The notes under the pieces were generated by a model. The model was not told the DNA's origin. It searched no databases and saw only the letters and a program-made list of their open reading frames with translations. Made by a program: the position numbers and the translations under genes. From the human T2T-CHM13v2.0 reference genome, Homo sapiens, in NCBI RefSeq assembly GCF_009914755.1, contig NC_060929.1: a stretch of 64,000 bases of DNA. One strand, 5' to 3'. Numbering within the stretch: the stretch's first letter is position 1; each line of letters begins with the position of its first letter. Positions 18,501 through 36,719 of the stretch are shown here, in pieces.

Positions 18501-18996
18501 TCTATGCCTCTTGCTTTTGAGTTAGGGATAGAACCATAGCCATCATAAAGGATCACTTCTCATTAACTTTCAAAATAACCTTAAATTTAAAAGCTACAGA
18601 TTGGGTGAGAAAACCTGTTTTGTATTCAGGCTTTTCTAACTCTGACTGAGCATACATATTTTGTGTTCAGCCCTTTATGGCAGATCCTAGGGGCAGGGTA
18701 GAGGGTAAGAAAGAAAAGAAATAGGGTCAGAGGGAAAATACCAAGGATCATGTGCAAAGGATAAAATGAAGATCAAGTTTTCAAAATATGTTCCAAATGG
18801 GTCATATAGCAAGGGCAGTGGCAGGGACCTGAGAAAGCAAGCTCAATGAACAGCAGCTTGCAGGGGCAAAGAGGCTGAACCGTGGATTCTACCAGCATGG
18901 TTTTGCTGTTAAGCCACAATGGGAGATAATTTTGTATCTGATTAATTTGGTTACAGCAAACATTGAGTCACTGTTGACAATTGTAAATTATTCTTC

Positions 18997-19315
<319 letters not shown>

Positions 19316-19854
19316 TAATTGTGCCCGATAACCTTGAACTAATTACTTGGTGATTAATGACAGCCATTCAACTTGGGGATTTATGCCAAAGAATACTGAA
19401 TGTGTCTAAGATTTCTCTGAGCCCTAAATTTGGGTGACAGTATTTGTCTTCATTACTGAAGTTAGAGTGCATGACAATGCCCTCCACCCCATCAGCATTG
19501 CACCTGTTATACCTGCTGCCTTTATAGAGCCCAGAGAAGTCCCCAGGTTAGATTAATCATGGTATGTAAATAGATAGTTACTGTAGCTAAAATGTCATGT
19601 CCAGAATAGAAGCCCAGCAAAGGAATAAAAGTGAGAAAAAGGAAGAGGAACAGTGTGGAACATCAGCAAGTCATTCTCATCACTTTAAAACTTCCCTGTG
19701 TTCTTGATTCACAGGCAAACACAAATCCAACAACATCACAAAACAGTTCCAAGAACCCTGGCTCTGAAGATTACTCCTTCAAAGCATGATATTGGTTGCT
19801 ACAATTCCAAAAGAAAAAGATGAAGCTTATGTTAGACCAAGGCCCTGCCACATG

Positions 19855-19856
<2 letters not shown>

Positions 19857-19895
<39 letters not shown>
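19857..19895. repeat. (CA)n microsatellite
   Basis: Read directly. Confidence 0.95.
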
Positions 19896-19897
<2 letters not shown>

Positions 19898-20838
19898 AAC
19901 AACAGACATGTTCTATTCCTTTCCATGCCCCTAAGTAATTAGCACAAGGCCTTCGTTTGTTAGTTGTCTGTGCAGTTTGTTGAATTGGGTCTCTGGGCGA
20001 CACAGGAGTGTCCTTCTTGTCCATCCTGGTCTGTACTTGGGGCTGTCAATGGAAAGCCTTCCTTCCACACTGCCAAAAAACCCCCCTGGAAAACAGAGTC
20101 CAAACACAGCAGGGGGCCACATTCACCTTCGTGTTCCCAACACGCTGTTGCTCTGCGAGTGCAGGTTGAGTTGAGGGAACAGTTCTGTTGCCCAGAGCAT
20201 TGCCTCAGGCTCCCAGACCGTTTGTGCTGGGATACTAGATTGGCGGAACCAAAGAAGACCATTCTCCTCTGTAGGTGGATGGTTCCCTGCTTGTATCTTT
20301 CCAGAATTGGGGCAATCTGAGCCTCAATGTCACACAAGCTGCACAGTGCAATGTGGGGAATGCCCGGGACAGAGCTGAGAGGCTAGATCCTGCCTTGGCC
20401 TTTCATCTAGTCACTGTTAAGACCTTGGCAAACCACTTAACCTCACTGGGCTTCTATTTTCTCATCTGTAATATCTCCCCTGATTTCTGTGGAGATTGTT
20501 CTGAGGATCAATGACATAATATATATCAAAGTTTTTGTTAACTGCTAAGCAAGCCTAGTAGTACTTATGGCATTATTAATTTTGGCTGGCAACTATGACT
20601 CTGACCTATTGACATCAGCCTAATAACATCAGTAAGGCCAAGCAGGCTATGTTAATGTTTGAGGGAGATTTTTCATACATGAAATTTAAAATCCCCTCTA
20701 GCTGGTGTAAAATAATACTTAGCATACTACCTTCCCTGAGCTTGGGCTGGGCTGCAGTGAATGGCATATCGTTTTGTGATTTAACATCATATTGAGATAA
20801 AGTACAGCCCAAAATACATATTGTCTATCAATCTGTTA

Positions 20839-21149
<311 letters not shown>

Positions 21150-22784
21150 TAAATTTATAATGAGAATGTGTTTCACAGGATGTGTATTTATAAATATAAG
21201 TAATTATATTTATAATGATAAATTAGGCCTGTGTTGTTGTTTGTGGTGGTGATATTAAGGCTGAATTTACAGAGGAGAAGAACTAGTCTTACATTCATTC
21301 AACAAAATTATTTAGCAACTACTGTGTGCCAAGCTCACTGTATTAGATACTAAAATATAGCACTGAATGAAAAAGACATGGGCCCCAACCTTACTATATT
21401 ACTGTCTGGTAACCCAGTTGAGTGTAAGGGGGTCTAGGAAGGTTTCCTTGAGTAAGAGTCAGTTTCTGGAAGACTTCCACAAGAAGGAGTTGGCTAGAAT
21501 TCAGGGGAGTGGAATAAAAGGGGGAGCTAATGCACATTTGTCAGTTGGTTGCTGTTTATCATATTCTAAATGATTGCCTCACTTTTCAGTCCCACTGCCC
21601 CAAAGAAATCAGACTCAAATTTCCAGCCTCCATTATAGCCAAATTGCAGACAAGTGACTTACCTCTGCCAATCCAATGCAGTAATGTGCGACTTCAATTT
21701 ACAAGTGAGCAACACAGGTAAACAGTCTTCATGTAGAGCTTTCTTTTCTTTCTTTTTTTTTTTTTAATTGTGTGGGCAGAAGCCTCTACCGACTGAAGAG
21801 AGCAGTCATTACAAGGTCAAAACCTGCCTTTGTGATTCTGTGGCCAAATTGTCTCCCTAGAAGTTTGTAAGTCTGTTTCTACAGCCTTCCTGACAATTCT
21901 TTGAACTGCCAAAATATTTTCATCAATTCCCACAAATAAGGCATCTGACCACTCCACAACAAAGAAGGTATGAACAAGGGCTTGTGCCTCTGATCTGCTG
22001 GTCTTATCACTTGCTGTGGCTTCCAGAAGCAGGTGGCATCAGTGTGGGTTTTCCCTGGGGACATCTTCATGTTACAGAGGTAATGAACACACAGATACTT
22101 CACTAAGGCAGCCTTCGACTAACTCTCTGGTAACAAAGGATAGAGTGGCCTAATTAAGGAGAGTTTCTGATGAGCAGCCTGAGCCCCAGCGGATCTGAAT
22201 GCAGATTAGGTAAAAATCTAGGTGGCTTTTGACTGGTATGTGCTTATTCTCATTTAAAGATTTCACAGGGATAGTCTCAAGGTTCATAAGCAGCTCCAAA
22301 GGTACTTGAAGATATTTCTGAAAGCCTTAATCAGAATTGGCAATGTTTCCTCTGATGCTGTGGATACCATTCGTCCTCCTCAGTAATAATAAGCACTAAT
22401 ATCTCTGGAGCACTTGGGATATGCCAGGCTTCATCACATACCATCTTATTTGATCCCAGCTACAACACTTTAAGACAGGTATTTTAATTATCCCCACTTT
22501 ACAAATGAGGAAAGTGAGGCAACAGAACTTAAACATCTAACTGAAGTACATGGCCCAGCATTTGAACCCAGGACATTTAACTTCAAAGCCCATGTGCTTA
22601 ACATTCCACTGTGACTACAGAGCAGAGACAACATCCTTGCGGGAATTCTGTTGCATTTACCCAACAGTAATTTTGCCTATTACTTTTTAATGATCAAAAT
22701 AAACTTGAAATTTAAAGCATCCCATTCTAAAAAGCTTGTATGACTTGTGAACCAAGGTATATTGTGATTCTTTTTTAAAAAAAA

Positions 22785-23077
22785 ATCAAGACAAGGTCTT
22801 GCTCTGTCACCCACGTTGGAGTGCAATAGTGCAATCATGGCTTACTGCATCCTTGAACTCCTGGGCTCAAGTGATCCTCTTGGCTCAGCCTCCCAAGAAG
22901 TTGGAACCACAGGTGCACACAATCATGCCCAGCTAGTTTTATTTTTTTCTTTTTATTTTTTGTAGAGATGGGATCTTCCTATGTTGTCCAAGCTGGTCTC
23001 AAACTCCTGGCCTCAAACAATCCTGCCTCAGCCTCCCAGAGTGCTGGGATTACAGGCATGAGCCACCCTGCCCAGTC
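22785..23077 (-). mobile_element. Alu (AluJ-like)
   Basis: Diverged Alu with GGCTCAAGTGATCCTC. Confidence 0.88.
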
Positions 23078-26000
23078 TAAATCAATCTTTACAAAAGGTG
23101 ATACTATAAGTTCTTTAGTGGACAAGACATTGCTACCCAAGTGCCATCTCAATAAACAGTAAACTTTTACAACAAATAATCATGTAAATAAATAAATAAA
23201 CTTGCCTTCTTATTAGTGAAATTGCGGCTGCCAACCTTGTGAAGATGGCCTGAGAATCAGTCTAACCCAAGCTGTCACAGAAAATCAGAAGGCAGCTATT
23301 AGCAAATATTTCAGTGTGTCAAAGCCAGATATGAGATCTGGAACTTGTAACAGAAACTCCCTGAAATTACAGTGGTTATGAATAAGGGGCATTAAAAGAT
23401 TCCATCATTGTCTGGTGAATGGTTGACTTTTAGTAGCGAATGAGTTTTAAAGACCTCTGTTGTTTCATTTTAAGCTGATCTTTTCTTGATGGCAACAGGG
23501 TAACCTTCTCTGCAGCCACCATGATTGCCTAGAGATTATTCTTTATGCTCTGCCTCATTCCAAGCATATGAGGCAATTGAGAGATTAAGGAGGAAGAGAA
23601 GTGCTTGTTACAAGACTATCCCTGCACCATTCTCTGGGCCCATCCCTAAGAAAAGGTCTCATTTTGACCTTTCCTGTCCCCCTGCCATTTTGCTGTTACT
23701 TCCTACCAAAATGCCTTGGACCTTTCAGAGCTACCTCGTTTACCCTCACCCGTATCTGGGTTGAGCAGGGCATAACTAAAAGTGGCACACTTGCCATGTT
23801 AACTTATGCTTCTTGGAAACTTATGATTCACTTATTTTTTTTTACATAAGTATTTCTTCTTTTGTTAGAAGATCCACCTGCACTATCCTCTCAAGTCTCT
23901 CTTCTCTAAATCCACCACTGTGCCCTAAGTTTGCCCCCTGCCCCCACCTTCACTCCCTGTGTGCCCTCCTCAGGCTCCTCTCCATTCTAAGTACCCAAGG
24001 CTTGTTCCCCAATCAGTCTCTTCCTGCACCCTCCCTCACAATTTGCCCTCTGTCAGCTGCAGAGCCTCTACACCAGAACCTCTACAGATTCTACCAACAG
24101 CTCTACTCCCACCGTCCACCTCCTTAGCCCTCTGCAGTGTGGTTTCACCCTTTGCCTATCCCTGAAGTTAAGCGGTTTCTCTCAGAGGCATTTTCTGTGT
24201 CATCCAATTCAGTGGGTTTTTCTCAATCACCATCCTCACTCACCTTTCATTTGTGTCTCCTGATCACCACTTTTTCATGAAATTCTCTTCTCTTGGCTTC
24301 TGTCATGTTCTTATAATCCTCCCCCGTGCCCGATTTCTCTGGCTGTCTTTTCTTTTTCTTGTTCCCCGAAACAGAAGCTCCTTCAGCCTCTTTCTCTTTT
24401 TACTCTGTATTTTCTCTTAGCAGATTCACCCATGGTCACGACTTTGCTGCCTTTTTATGTGAATTCCTACCTGATTTTTTCATACATTTTTGTTCACATT
24501 TCTAACTACCCACTGATTTTTATGTGAAAATTGTTATTAGTTCTTCAAGCTAGATATGTTCAGGATCCAGTCACGTCTACCACTCCTCTCTGGTACAAAC
24601 CCCTAATTCCAACCAGGAAATTTAGAAATCTTATTTAAAAAAAAATCTCATCTCAATCACTTTGCTCCTTTAGTATCACTTCTTATGTGCTCTTTCCTCC
24701 TTTTCAAATAATCATTTAAGGCTCAACTGATATTGTGTATTATCTTCAAAGGCTTCCTTGACTCCAGCTATAGTGTTAAATTCTATACTATAAATTCTTG
24801 ATTTTTTTTTACCATGTGCATATACTGTTGTGATGTTTCTAAAGGTGGGTACATTCATATACATATTCACATTTACACGCACACAAGATGCTTCAAGCAG
24901 GGGCAATAGTTGACTTCCTGGCAATACTTATTATGGCACTTTGCAGATAATGTAAACACACACACAAAAAGCTGCTAAATGAATAATGTTACCACTTTCC
25001 TTGTACTTAGATTTAGTGGCGATTTGACACTTACCTCCCAAAGCAATGAAATTGCCATCGTTGACACAGTAGCTGAGCCAAAAGTTATTTAACTTGTGCT
25101 AAATATGTCAAAGCCATGTGTCTTTGTGTTTTCCCTTAGAGAGGCCAACAGATGCTTCTTTATTTTTCAAAAATTACACTCAATGTTTTGAAGATTTTAT
25201 GGAAAATGAGTGTACTTTCAAAATGACATGTTTCTTAGTACAGACAAGATGACAGTGAAAAGTCTCAGGTTTACTTTGCTATGTTTTGTATGCATCACAT
25301 TGGTAAAAAAAAATACACAGATATATTCCAACACATGATAAACAGAAGTCATATTTCAGCTGTGGTAGAAGGTTTTAAGGTTATTTTCCAAAAAATAAAT
25401 TTATAATAAATTTAAGCCAATTGATTGTACAAGAAACCTTTATAATCCCTTGGAAGGATACAATGCTTTAAAAAGAAATTATCCTTTTTAGTCAGCTGTA
25501 TCATATTTTATAATTTTGATTTGGGTATCTTGAAAATGCAAGTTCAATAGTAATTTTCTTAGAATATTGGAAAGATTTGATAGGTTGAAAAGGGAACAAT
25601 ACTTTTTTTTTCAAAGTGACTTATATATGTGTAAGTTAAAACTATAAAAATATTATCAAAGGTCCAATTTATAAAAAGGTGTGTCTTCAGTAAAAATCTT
25701 ATGGATACAGAAATGCAAATATGAGCTAATAATCTGAAAGACATGGAAATTGAGCAGAGAGCTAAAAACTTCAAAAACAAGCCCTGGACTAAAGCTAATG
25801 TTTTATTTTTGTCCTTTAACTTTTGTATGCATTCTTCCTAGAAATTTTTCTATGGTTTTTTAGCCAATAATTAACTACAATTGAAGTGATGGGATATGGT
25901 CCCTGATAGTACACTGAGTTATTTTCCTTTGAACTTATGACCTGTTCCATCCTCCTTGTCTTCTAAATGAGTGAAATTTTTATCCATATCATGGGAAATG

Positions 26001-27295
26001 TCTCTGAATGTTTTTATAGACACAGAAAATTAGTCAAGACCTGCAACTTATAGAAAAAATGTGATTAAAGTACCCAACCAGAACAGAATTGGAAGGAGGT
26101 CCATTTCCTTCATTTCTAATGTCTTCACTGAAATAATATAACCTGTTGGCCTTTGCTCCTGTTCCAATTGTAAATATGTGTATAAAAGCCCTACTGCTTT
26201 CCAAAGTACGAACTAGTTCTAAGTAAATTAGGAAATGGGAGATTTGCTTAACATTAGCAAGCTACAGAAATGATGTCAAAATACCCAGGTAGAAATACTT
26301 GGTAGATAGTTAATTGTTCTCTACAAGTAATACATCTGAGGTTTTGTTTTCTAAATTGGTAATCAGCAGTGGAAAATAAATACAATTTCCAAATAACCCT
26401 CAAATGTTTTTAGTCTACCAAAAAATAAAGGTAACTATTCTATTTTTCATTTTTCTTACTTTAGGCTTTAATTATGCCATACCAGTACTGTATTCTAAAA
26501 TTTCTTTAACTCTAACATTTAATTCTACTACCACCTACCACACCACATCTAATCTAGTTCCACAGCATACTCAATAAGGGTTTTGGAATGGATGAATGGC
26601 CTTCATTTACATATGGTCAAATAAGATAGGTCCACACAAGCGGTGCAATACTGTCTTCCAAACCATGTTGCTTTCATCAGGCCTTGTCAAGAACTTTTCT
26701 TTCTCAAAGACATTACACCCAGACTGACAAAAATTAGTTGTGTTTTTACTCTACGCATGTATGTTCTATACAAGATCGCTTTTTTCATACTCAATCTACC
26801 AAATATACATACTTACAGCAATTGTAACATCTATTTGTAACATTACTATTCTATGTATTTACAAAAGGAGCCATTTAAAAATGAAATATAGCTATTAGCT
26901 TAAACAAGTACAAAGCCTAGTAGTGTTATCTACATGCTTCATGCTTCCAGTGTTATGCCTTATTCTCTCATTATGCCAAGCCTGTACTTTCTCCTTTGGT
27001 AAAGTGATCACATTTTCTGGTTCTCTTCCCCTTCCTAAGTGTCAACATAATCTAAACTCTGCAATTAATGTGTGTACAAGCTGTTTATACTTAATGCATC
27101 CCATATTTTGGTCTGTGACTCTTGCCTTAAAGAGCCAACTTTTAGGCTAATCTCTACGTTCTTCAATATTCATATCAATTTTAGTAATAAAAACACATCT
27201 GTGTGGAAAACAAATAGACAAACATCAGTGTTTGTAACATATAGTAGTAATAGTGATAATTATAACCAACATTCATTAAGGATGTTTATTTAACA

Positions 27296-29221
<1,926 letters not shown>

Positions 29222-29224
29222 ACA

Positions 29225-29600
29225 CAGATATATCTCTTTTCATTCTCACAACAGCCCTATGAAGTTTGTGCTATTTTCCCAACATTTGATAAATGAGGAA
29301 CTTAAAACTTAGAGAAAAAGTGTCTTGCCCAAGTCCACCCAGCCATTCAGGAATTGAGCTGGGATATAAAGAGGGAATGTTTTATTTAAGATCCTGAACT
29401 CCTAACCCTAGGCTAGTGGTTCTCAAATTTTAGTGTGTATCAGAACCGTTTCAAAAGCTTGTTAAAATTCAGATTTCTAGACGTCACCCCGAGTTTCCAA
29501 TTAATTCCATTTGGGAAAGACTGAGAATTTGCATTTCTAACAAATGTTCAGTATGCTGCTGATGCTGTTGGAGGGGCAAGGCATACTCTGAGAATCACTG
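29225..29600. mobile_element. MIR followed by a MER5A-like element
   Basis: ATTCTCACAACAGCCCTATGA...ATGAGGAA; AGTGGTTCTCAAA...TGAGAATCACTG termini. Confidence 0.7.
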
Positions 29601-31016
29601 CCCTAGGCTCTACTAATGCATAGTTATTCAAGCATTCAAATTAGATTTAGTAATGGTATCATAAAAATTCTCACCCCCAGTCCTCAACTTCATATATCGA
29701 AATCCAAGCCTACCTATAAATCTGATTATCTTAAGTCTGGGTTGTATACTCGTAGAATGTTATTGCTTTTTGGATTGTGTGATTTGCCTCAAGATGTGTG
29801 TTTGCACAGTGTTAGCTCTACAACACAGGAGTCTCTGCAGTTACACTTGTTACCACTAGATGAAGCTCCTGCTGCTTTTGCTTTCTTCGCTCAAGAGAAC
29901 TTGTTGGTTGGCTACTAGATGACACTGATTGTAATTTAAAATGCATAGCTAGGGTTACACAGAGTTGCTTTGCTCTGAAGATAGAGTGACCTGTCTTATT
30001 AGTCAATAAAATTCAGAAAGCTAGGTGGTAAACTGTACATCATGGCCTGAAGGCTGTAATCCATAACTTCTCTAGTTGATAACTGCTTATTTAAAAGTAT
30101 GTACCCATCACCCTCTACCCTCCATTGACTAGTTTTATACCAAGTGTTGGCTTCAGAGAGGTACAAACAGAGGACACTCATGAAAAGAAGAAGACTCTAT
30201 TTACTCCTGGATGAAAGTTGAGAATTAGCTTACTCAACATATTCCAAAGTACAACCATGAGCCCACTCATATTTATTTAGTTTACAGATTTATTAGAAAA
30301 TAACAGGTAGATTCAGGATTTTTATAGAAAAGGATGGTAGAAGGAGCAATCTGTCTGGAACAAAGGGCTTGGGGTTTTTTGCTGTATTCAAATATCAAAA
30401 AACATTGTCAAATGGCTCTGGAGAGTTAGGAAGACAGCTGAAGGAAACGAAGAGTGTTGAATTAGGGAAGCCTAAACATAAGTCTAGTGAAAACTCCTCA
30501 ATAATCTGACCATGAAGACTGTGGAGCTATTGTAAGGTGATCAGACATCTATCCACATTGAAATGGTTCGGAGAAGAGGATGGGTGCCCAGGCAAAAGGC
30601 CCAGAAAAACCTTTTTGGAGGCTTAGGGAAATCTGCAAGTGGGACAGGGATGGGGGAGGGTGCTGCCTTTTGCTGTAATGGCACAGTATGTAATTGGACC
30701 AACCCTCCCACTGAAGACAATTGTAAACACAGACAAAATAGAAAAAGATCTTTAAAGCATAAAAGTCTAAAAAGATAGTGAAGAATTACTAAGCTAAGAT
30801 TCTAGAAAAGTTGGAAACCCAAAGAGGTGAACGAGGGATTCCAGAAATTCCCCAGGGGCATTTGCAGATTTGGAAGAGGAAACCAAGAGGCAGACTAAGC
30901 TTTTGATAGTAGGACCAGGGGCTGCAAAATCTGAGAGCTGCTGAGAGTAATGAGAAAGGCAGTCTCTGACAGCCAGGAGCTGAATGGGCACTCACAGCCA
31001 GACCTCAGTGTTCTCC

Positions 31017-31450
31017 TGTTGAACACAAACAATTTCATGGAATATGAACATCAGACACAACCACTCTTGTGACTCTGATGGATCAAGACAAACACAAGCC
31101 AACTCCATAATCATGTCTTAACACAGGCAAACATGAACGTTGTCCAAACCACAAAAATGACCAAACATCTTCAGGTCCTGGCTAATATGAATGACTGCTG
31201 TTTCTTCACCAATTTCAGCCTTAGCCTTTGTCTAATCTCTTAATAAGATACGAAATCATAGAATCACCCCCACTTTCTTAGAACATTTAAACCAAAACGA
31301 AGCCCTGCCCCATGAAACTCTCATGCAAATCACCTATAACATCCCATAATGACCCCTTTCTGACACTCTCTTTCTGAGATGCCCCAGGGCTCCCCAGGGT
31401 GTTTTCCCTTGATGTAGTGAGTTAATAAACCCAGTTGGTTCAAAAATCAC
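31017..31450 (+). mobile_element. ERV1 LTR, MER67-like, flanked by old L1M fragments (about 30680-31000 and 31500-32200)
   Basis: TGTTGAACACAAACAATTTCA...GATGGATCAAGACAAA resembles the recalled consensus; AATAAA near 31424. Confidence 0.55.
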
Positions 31451-33053
31451 CACCAACCTTTTTGCCTAGTTGGGTGGTGGATTTTTCTTTTATTACTATG
31501 CTATTGAGTTTTGTGCTGGAACACAGATAAGTTACTTGAGAAGTTTCATCCTTTTGGATCCTGCTTTTAAGATTTGTTAGGCAGGACCAGAGCAGAGACT
31601 TATCTGCTCCCCACTACTGAGGTAAGACACTTTAGCACACTCTACCCATTGGCCCATTCATCTTGAGGTTCTCCAGTTTGATGGGTAGGCACAAGCACTA
31701 CTTCTGTCTCTGTGCAAGCACCAGGCTTTGTTCCCACTAATCCTTTTCAGTGGTTCAGTTTCTGGCAACGTTTATTTTCTGCTCATGTGCATATTGATCA
31801 TTGATCAGCAGAATACTCCAGGAAAATCCTCAGCAGGTTTCCAAAGCCTGCCCTCCCACACACCGTTCGTCTCTTTCTGCAGCTCTCTCCTCTTTGGTAT
31901 TCATCCTATGAACTCTGGTTTCCTTGCTCTCCCAGAATCTCATCTGCATCTCCTCAACTCAAAGAATCTGCTGGGCTCTGCCTTAGTTCTGTCTCCCTGC
32001 AAAGCAGCCTGGAACCTCTCTCAAGGCAGAAAGCTGGGAAAATCACAGAGCTTGCCTATTTGTTTCCTTCTCTCCAGGGATTGCTGTCTTGGGTTGCCTG
32101 ATATTCATTGTCTTGTAAACTGTCTTTTGTTCATCTTTTTTTGGTTGTTTTAAGCAGGAGAATAAATCAGAGTCCCTACTCTATCTTGGCCAGAAGCAAA
32201 AGTTTTTTTAGATCTTTTAGTTAAATTTTTAAGTAGGGGAGAAGCCAAAACATTACTGATTTGGTTTAATCAGTTGGTTTTAATCGGTTGGTTGAAAGCA
32301 TGCAAATTTACTTTCAAAATATTTAACAAGCTCAGAATCACCCTGGTTTATTTTGCCATCATTTTTCCTGTTTGAGAATGTGTCATCAGTTATTTAAATA
32401 ATCTGTAATTGGAAAGAAAATAACAGAGGCACCAGCATTTTTCATTTGGCTACTAAATAAAAATTTTTAATGCTGTAAAATAGCAGTTGTTCAATGTCAA
32501 GTTTGTCTAATATTCTGTTCCACTTTAACAACATCAGATTTTTATGGCGGCATTTTTCTGTTTTTGTTTTCAGTAAGTGCTTTGTGGAAGGCATTGCAAA
32601 AGATAACCATTTTTGAAAAACCATCTTCCTGTCAGTTACTGATTTAAAATTCTGAGAATACATGTTTTCATTTTCTGTTACAACTGAATGAGTTTAAAAG
32701 AAGCTATAGATTGCATTTACTAGGTGAATTTCCCCTCCCTACCCCCATTTCTCATATTTTGCATAAGGCTCTGAGTCTTTATACTAACATAAACTTTCAC
32801 TGATTTTCTTTAAATTAAAAATTTTAAGCCCATAATATAGACTCTGTCTCTATTTTGTCTGAAAAAGAACATAGGCATAACAATAATTCTTAGAAGTATT
32901 TTTAATAGATTTATAGAGATCCTTTTGAAAAATAAAATGGAAGTCAGAGAAAAGGAAGCTACTTTTTAAACTATAAGTTGGCTTCAGAGTTACAAGCATC
33001 TAGCACTGTCAGGGAGCCATTCGTCATTTTATTCATTCTGTATCTCCCCACTG

Positions 33054-33984
<931 letters not shown>

Positions 33985-34865
33985 TCATGAAAATTCGTGA
34001 AATCTTTAAAATATTTTGACAATAAAGTCTCATCTCTTTGGAAAATTCACTGTTAACTCATTCATTCTCACCTGTTTGTTGAGGGCCTATGATGTGCGCA
34101 ACACTGATAGGTGCTAGAAAGAGGTGGAATCCTGGTGCGTGGTCCATTGCCTGAAGTTGATAATCTGAGGAAGAAAACGAAACACAAACTTGTTAGCCTC
34201 AGATGAGTGCCAGTAGACCTACTAAACAAATGCCTGTAGTTTGGGACTGGAAAGGAAGCATGTGTTACTTCCAAAGTGGCTTCTTGGGGCTGGCATTTAC
34301 CTTGTGGTAGGTGGTTTACACAGGGGACACTCTGAGTGTTCCATAGACACTCTAGGTCAATGGAGAGGAAGGTGCAGAAAAGCTGAGGAAACACTTGGCT
34401 CATCCAGAAGTGGAAAGCACCCTGATGTGCTTGAAGCATGAAGCAAGTGTTGGGCAATCTAAGGAAAAACAAAAAACAAAAACAAAAACTAAAACACTGA
34501 AAATGCATTCACCCACTCAACTAACATTTGTTGAGGGTCTCTTATATGGCAGGCTCTGCTCTATACTGGGCACTCAGCAGTTAGAGGGCAGAGTTGCTAC
34601 TGCAAAAAGCTTATGTTCTAGTGAGGAGACAAGAAAACAAACAAACAACTACATAATGAAGTATAAGGAACTGACCAAAGCTAAGAAGAAACAAAAAGCA
34701 GGCTGACAGGATAGGCCTTGGTGATGGTGGATTTAGGGAGGAGTGGTACTGCCTTAGAGCCAACAAGGAGGGTCTCTCTGAGTAAGAGACAATTCAGAGA
34801 CCAGGATGAAATGGAAAACTGAGACATGAATTCCCTAAGCAATAAACTTCCCAAAGCTTATCCCA

Positions 34866-34922
34866 AAGAAAAGAGAAGAGAAAAGAAAAAAAAAAGAAGG
34901 AAGGAAAGAAAGAAAGAGAGAG

Positions 34923-34973
<51 letters not shown>

Positions 34974-34992
34974 AAGAAGAAAGAAAAGAAAA
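34866..34992. repeat. Purine-rich (GAAA)n compound repeat
   Basis: About 125 bp of only A and G. Confidence 0.95.
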
Positions 34993-36034
34993 GTTAGGAG
35001 CCCATTTTGCTGAGAAACTCTTTTAAATAAGCTACAAGTACTTGAATCTGGCTCAATTTTCACTTCTAGGATTCTGCAGCTCAATTCCATAGCCTGTTTC
35101 TTCATTCTCCATCACCACTTCTGTTCCAGTGGGCAGGAGAGAGCTCTGAAAACACACATGCACTCGCCCACATACCCACAGCTAGGCTGGATCTTGTGAC
35201 AAGGAATATCACAGAAATACTCCCAGCCTCCTATACCTCTTCTACCTGCCCCCACGCCCTGCAGAGTTAGAGTCCGTAGATAAGCCCTTGGGGCCTCCTC
35301 TTCTTTGTCGTCTTTGTCCCCTTCTTTTTCCCACTCACTGGCTTCCAGCCATCCCCCTTCCTGTGGTGCCCCTCTCACTACATGAAATGCAGCTCTGAGG
35401 GACCCCATTCAGTCTTATGTTTCGGGCCTTAGGTGTAGGCTACTGCCTTCCTTTCTGCCCCTTCTACTTTATCGACTTGTTCTTTCAGGTTGAAATAATA
35501 AAATGTAGAAAGGTGGAAAAATTAAAGCTTGAGACTTAACTAGGATCTAATCATGGCAACATGTGCTATTGGGCCAAACATAGGTTGCAAACACAAACCA
35601 CAGCAGGACAAGGCACATGATACAAGTCTATGAAGAGTGTCTGCAACATGATAAGAGCTAAGCTTGTTATATTTCACTTGACAATAGAAATTGTATGGAT
35701 GTATTGCCATTTAATAGACTGTGATTCAAACAAAACAACTATAGGCTGGCATATAGGCTGCCAGTAGGCCACTATGGTTCCCACACTAGGACTTGCCCCT
35801 CTGTAAATGGGGAAATCAAGGAAAGATCTTGAGCAGTGGGGGAGGCATGGTCGAGCAGTAGTTGAAAGGATTAATCTGGTGGCATCGTACAAGTAACTGC
35901 AAGAAGCTGAGCTTGAGAAGCTGGGAAGACATGATTGAAGGCCATTGTGAGGAAGGATGAGGACCTGGACTACTTTAATAAGCGGTGGGATTTTTTCTTA
36001 GTTGGATAGAAAGAGATTGAAAATGATTCAAAAA

Positions 36035-36345
<311 letters not shown>

Positions 36346-36719
36346 AATCAACAGGCTTTGGTAACAAATTGGAGAGGGACAGAATCAAAGTAACTAACTA
36401 TATGGTTCAATCCTAGATAATGGAAGAAGGCTGGAAGCATATAAAGCAAAGGGTGTTTATCTGGGGAAAGAAAACACTATTTGAGTTGTCAGGGTTCTGG
36501 TTCAGGTTAGGGTTAGACATCCATGTACTGTTGGTCCATCAGGCTGTTGGAATTACAGCAGCAGAACCCTTGAAGGAGGGATCACAATGGGAGCAATGTG
36601 GGATGAATGGGGATAAATGCTAAATCTGGGTACTGGAAAGGATAAAGAGAGGGCAGAGCAAAGGCCAGAGGTTTCATCTTTGTGGAAGGTCTGTATTCAG
36701 AGCAGAGAGGAAGTTGAAG

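Noticed and set aside
19960-20337. Overlapping 118-125 aa ORFs on both strands in GC-richer unique DNA
   Set aside because: No recognisable domain or convincing acceptor, and higher GC lowers stop frequency. It could belong to the relic exon chain but is unsupported alone.
32270-32310. Short imperfect duplication TTGGTTTAATC.G next to an octamer ATGCAAAT
   Set aside because: Too short to distinguish from chance or slippage.
34794-35105. Lys/Glu/Arg-rich and Phe/Ser/Leu-rich ORFs
   Set aside because: Translations of the (GAAA)n repeat.
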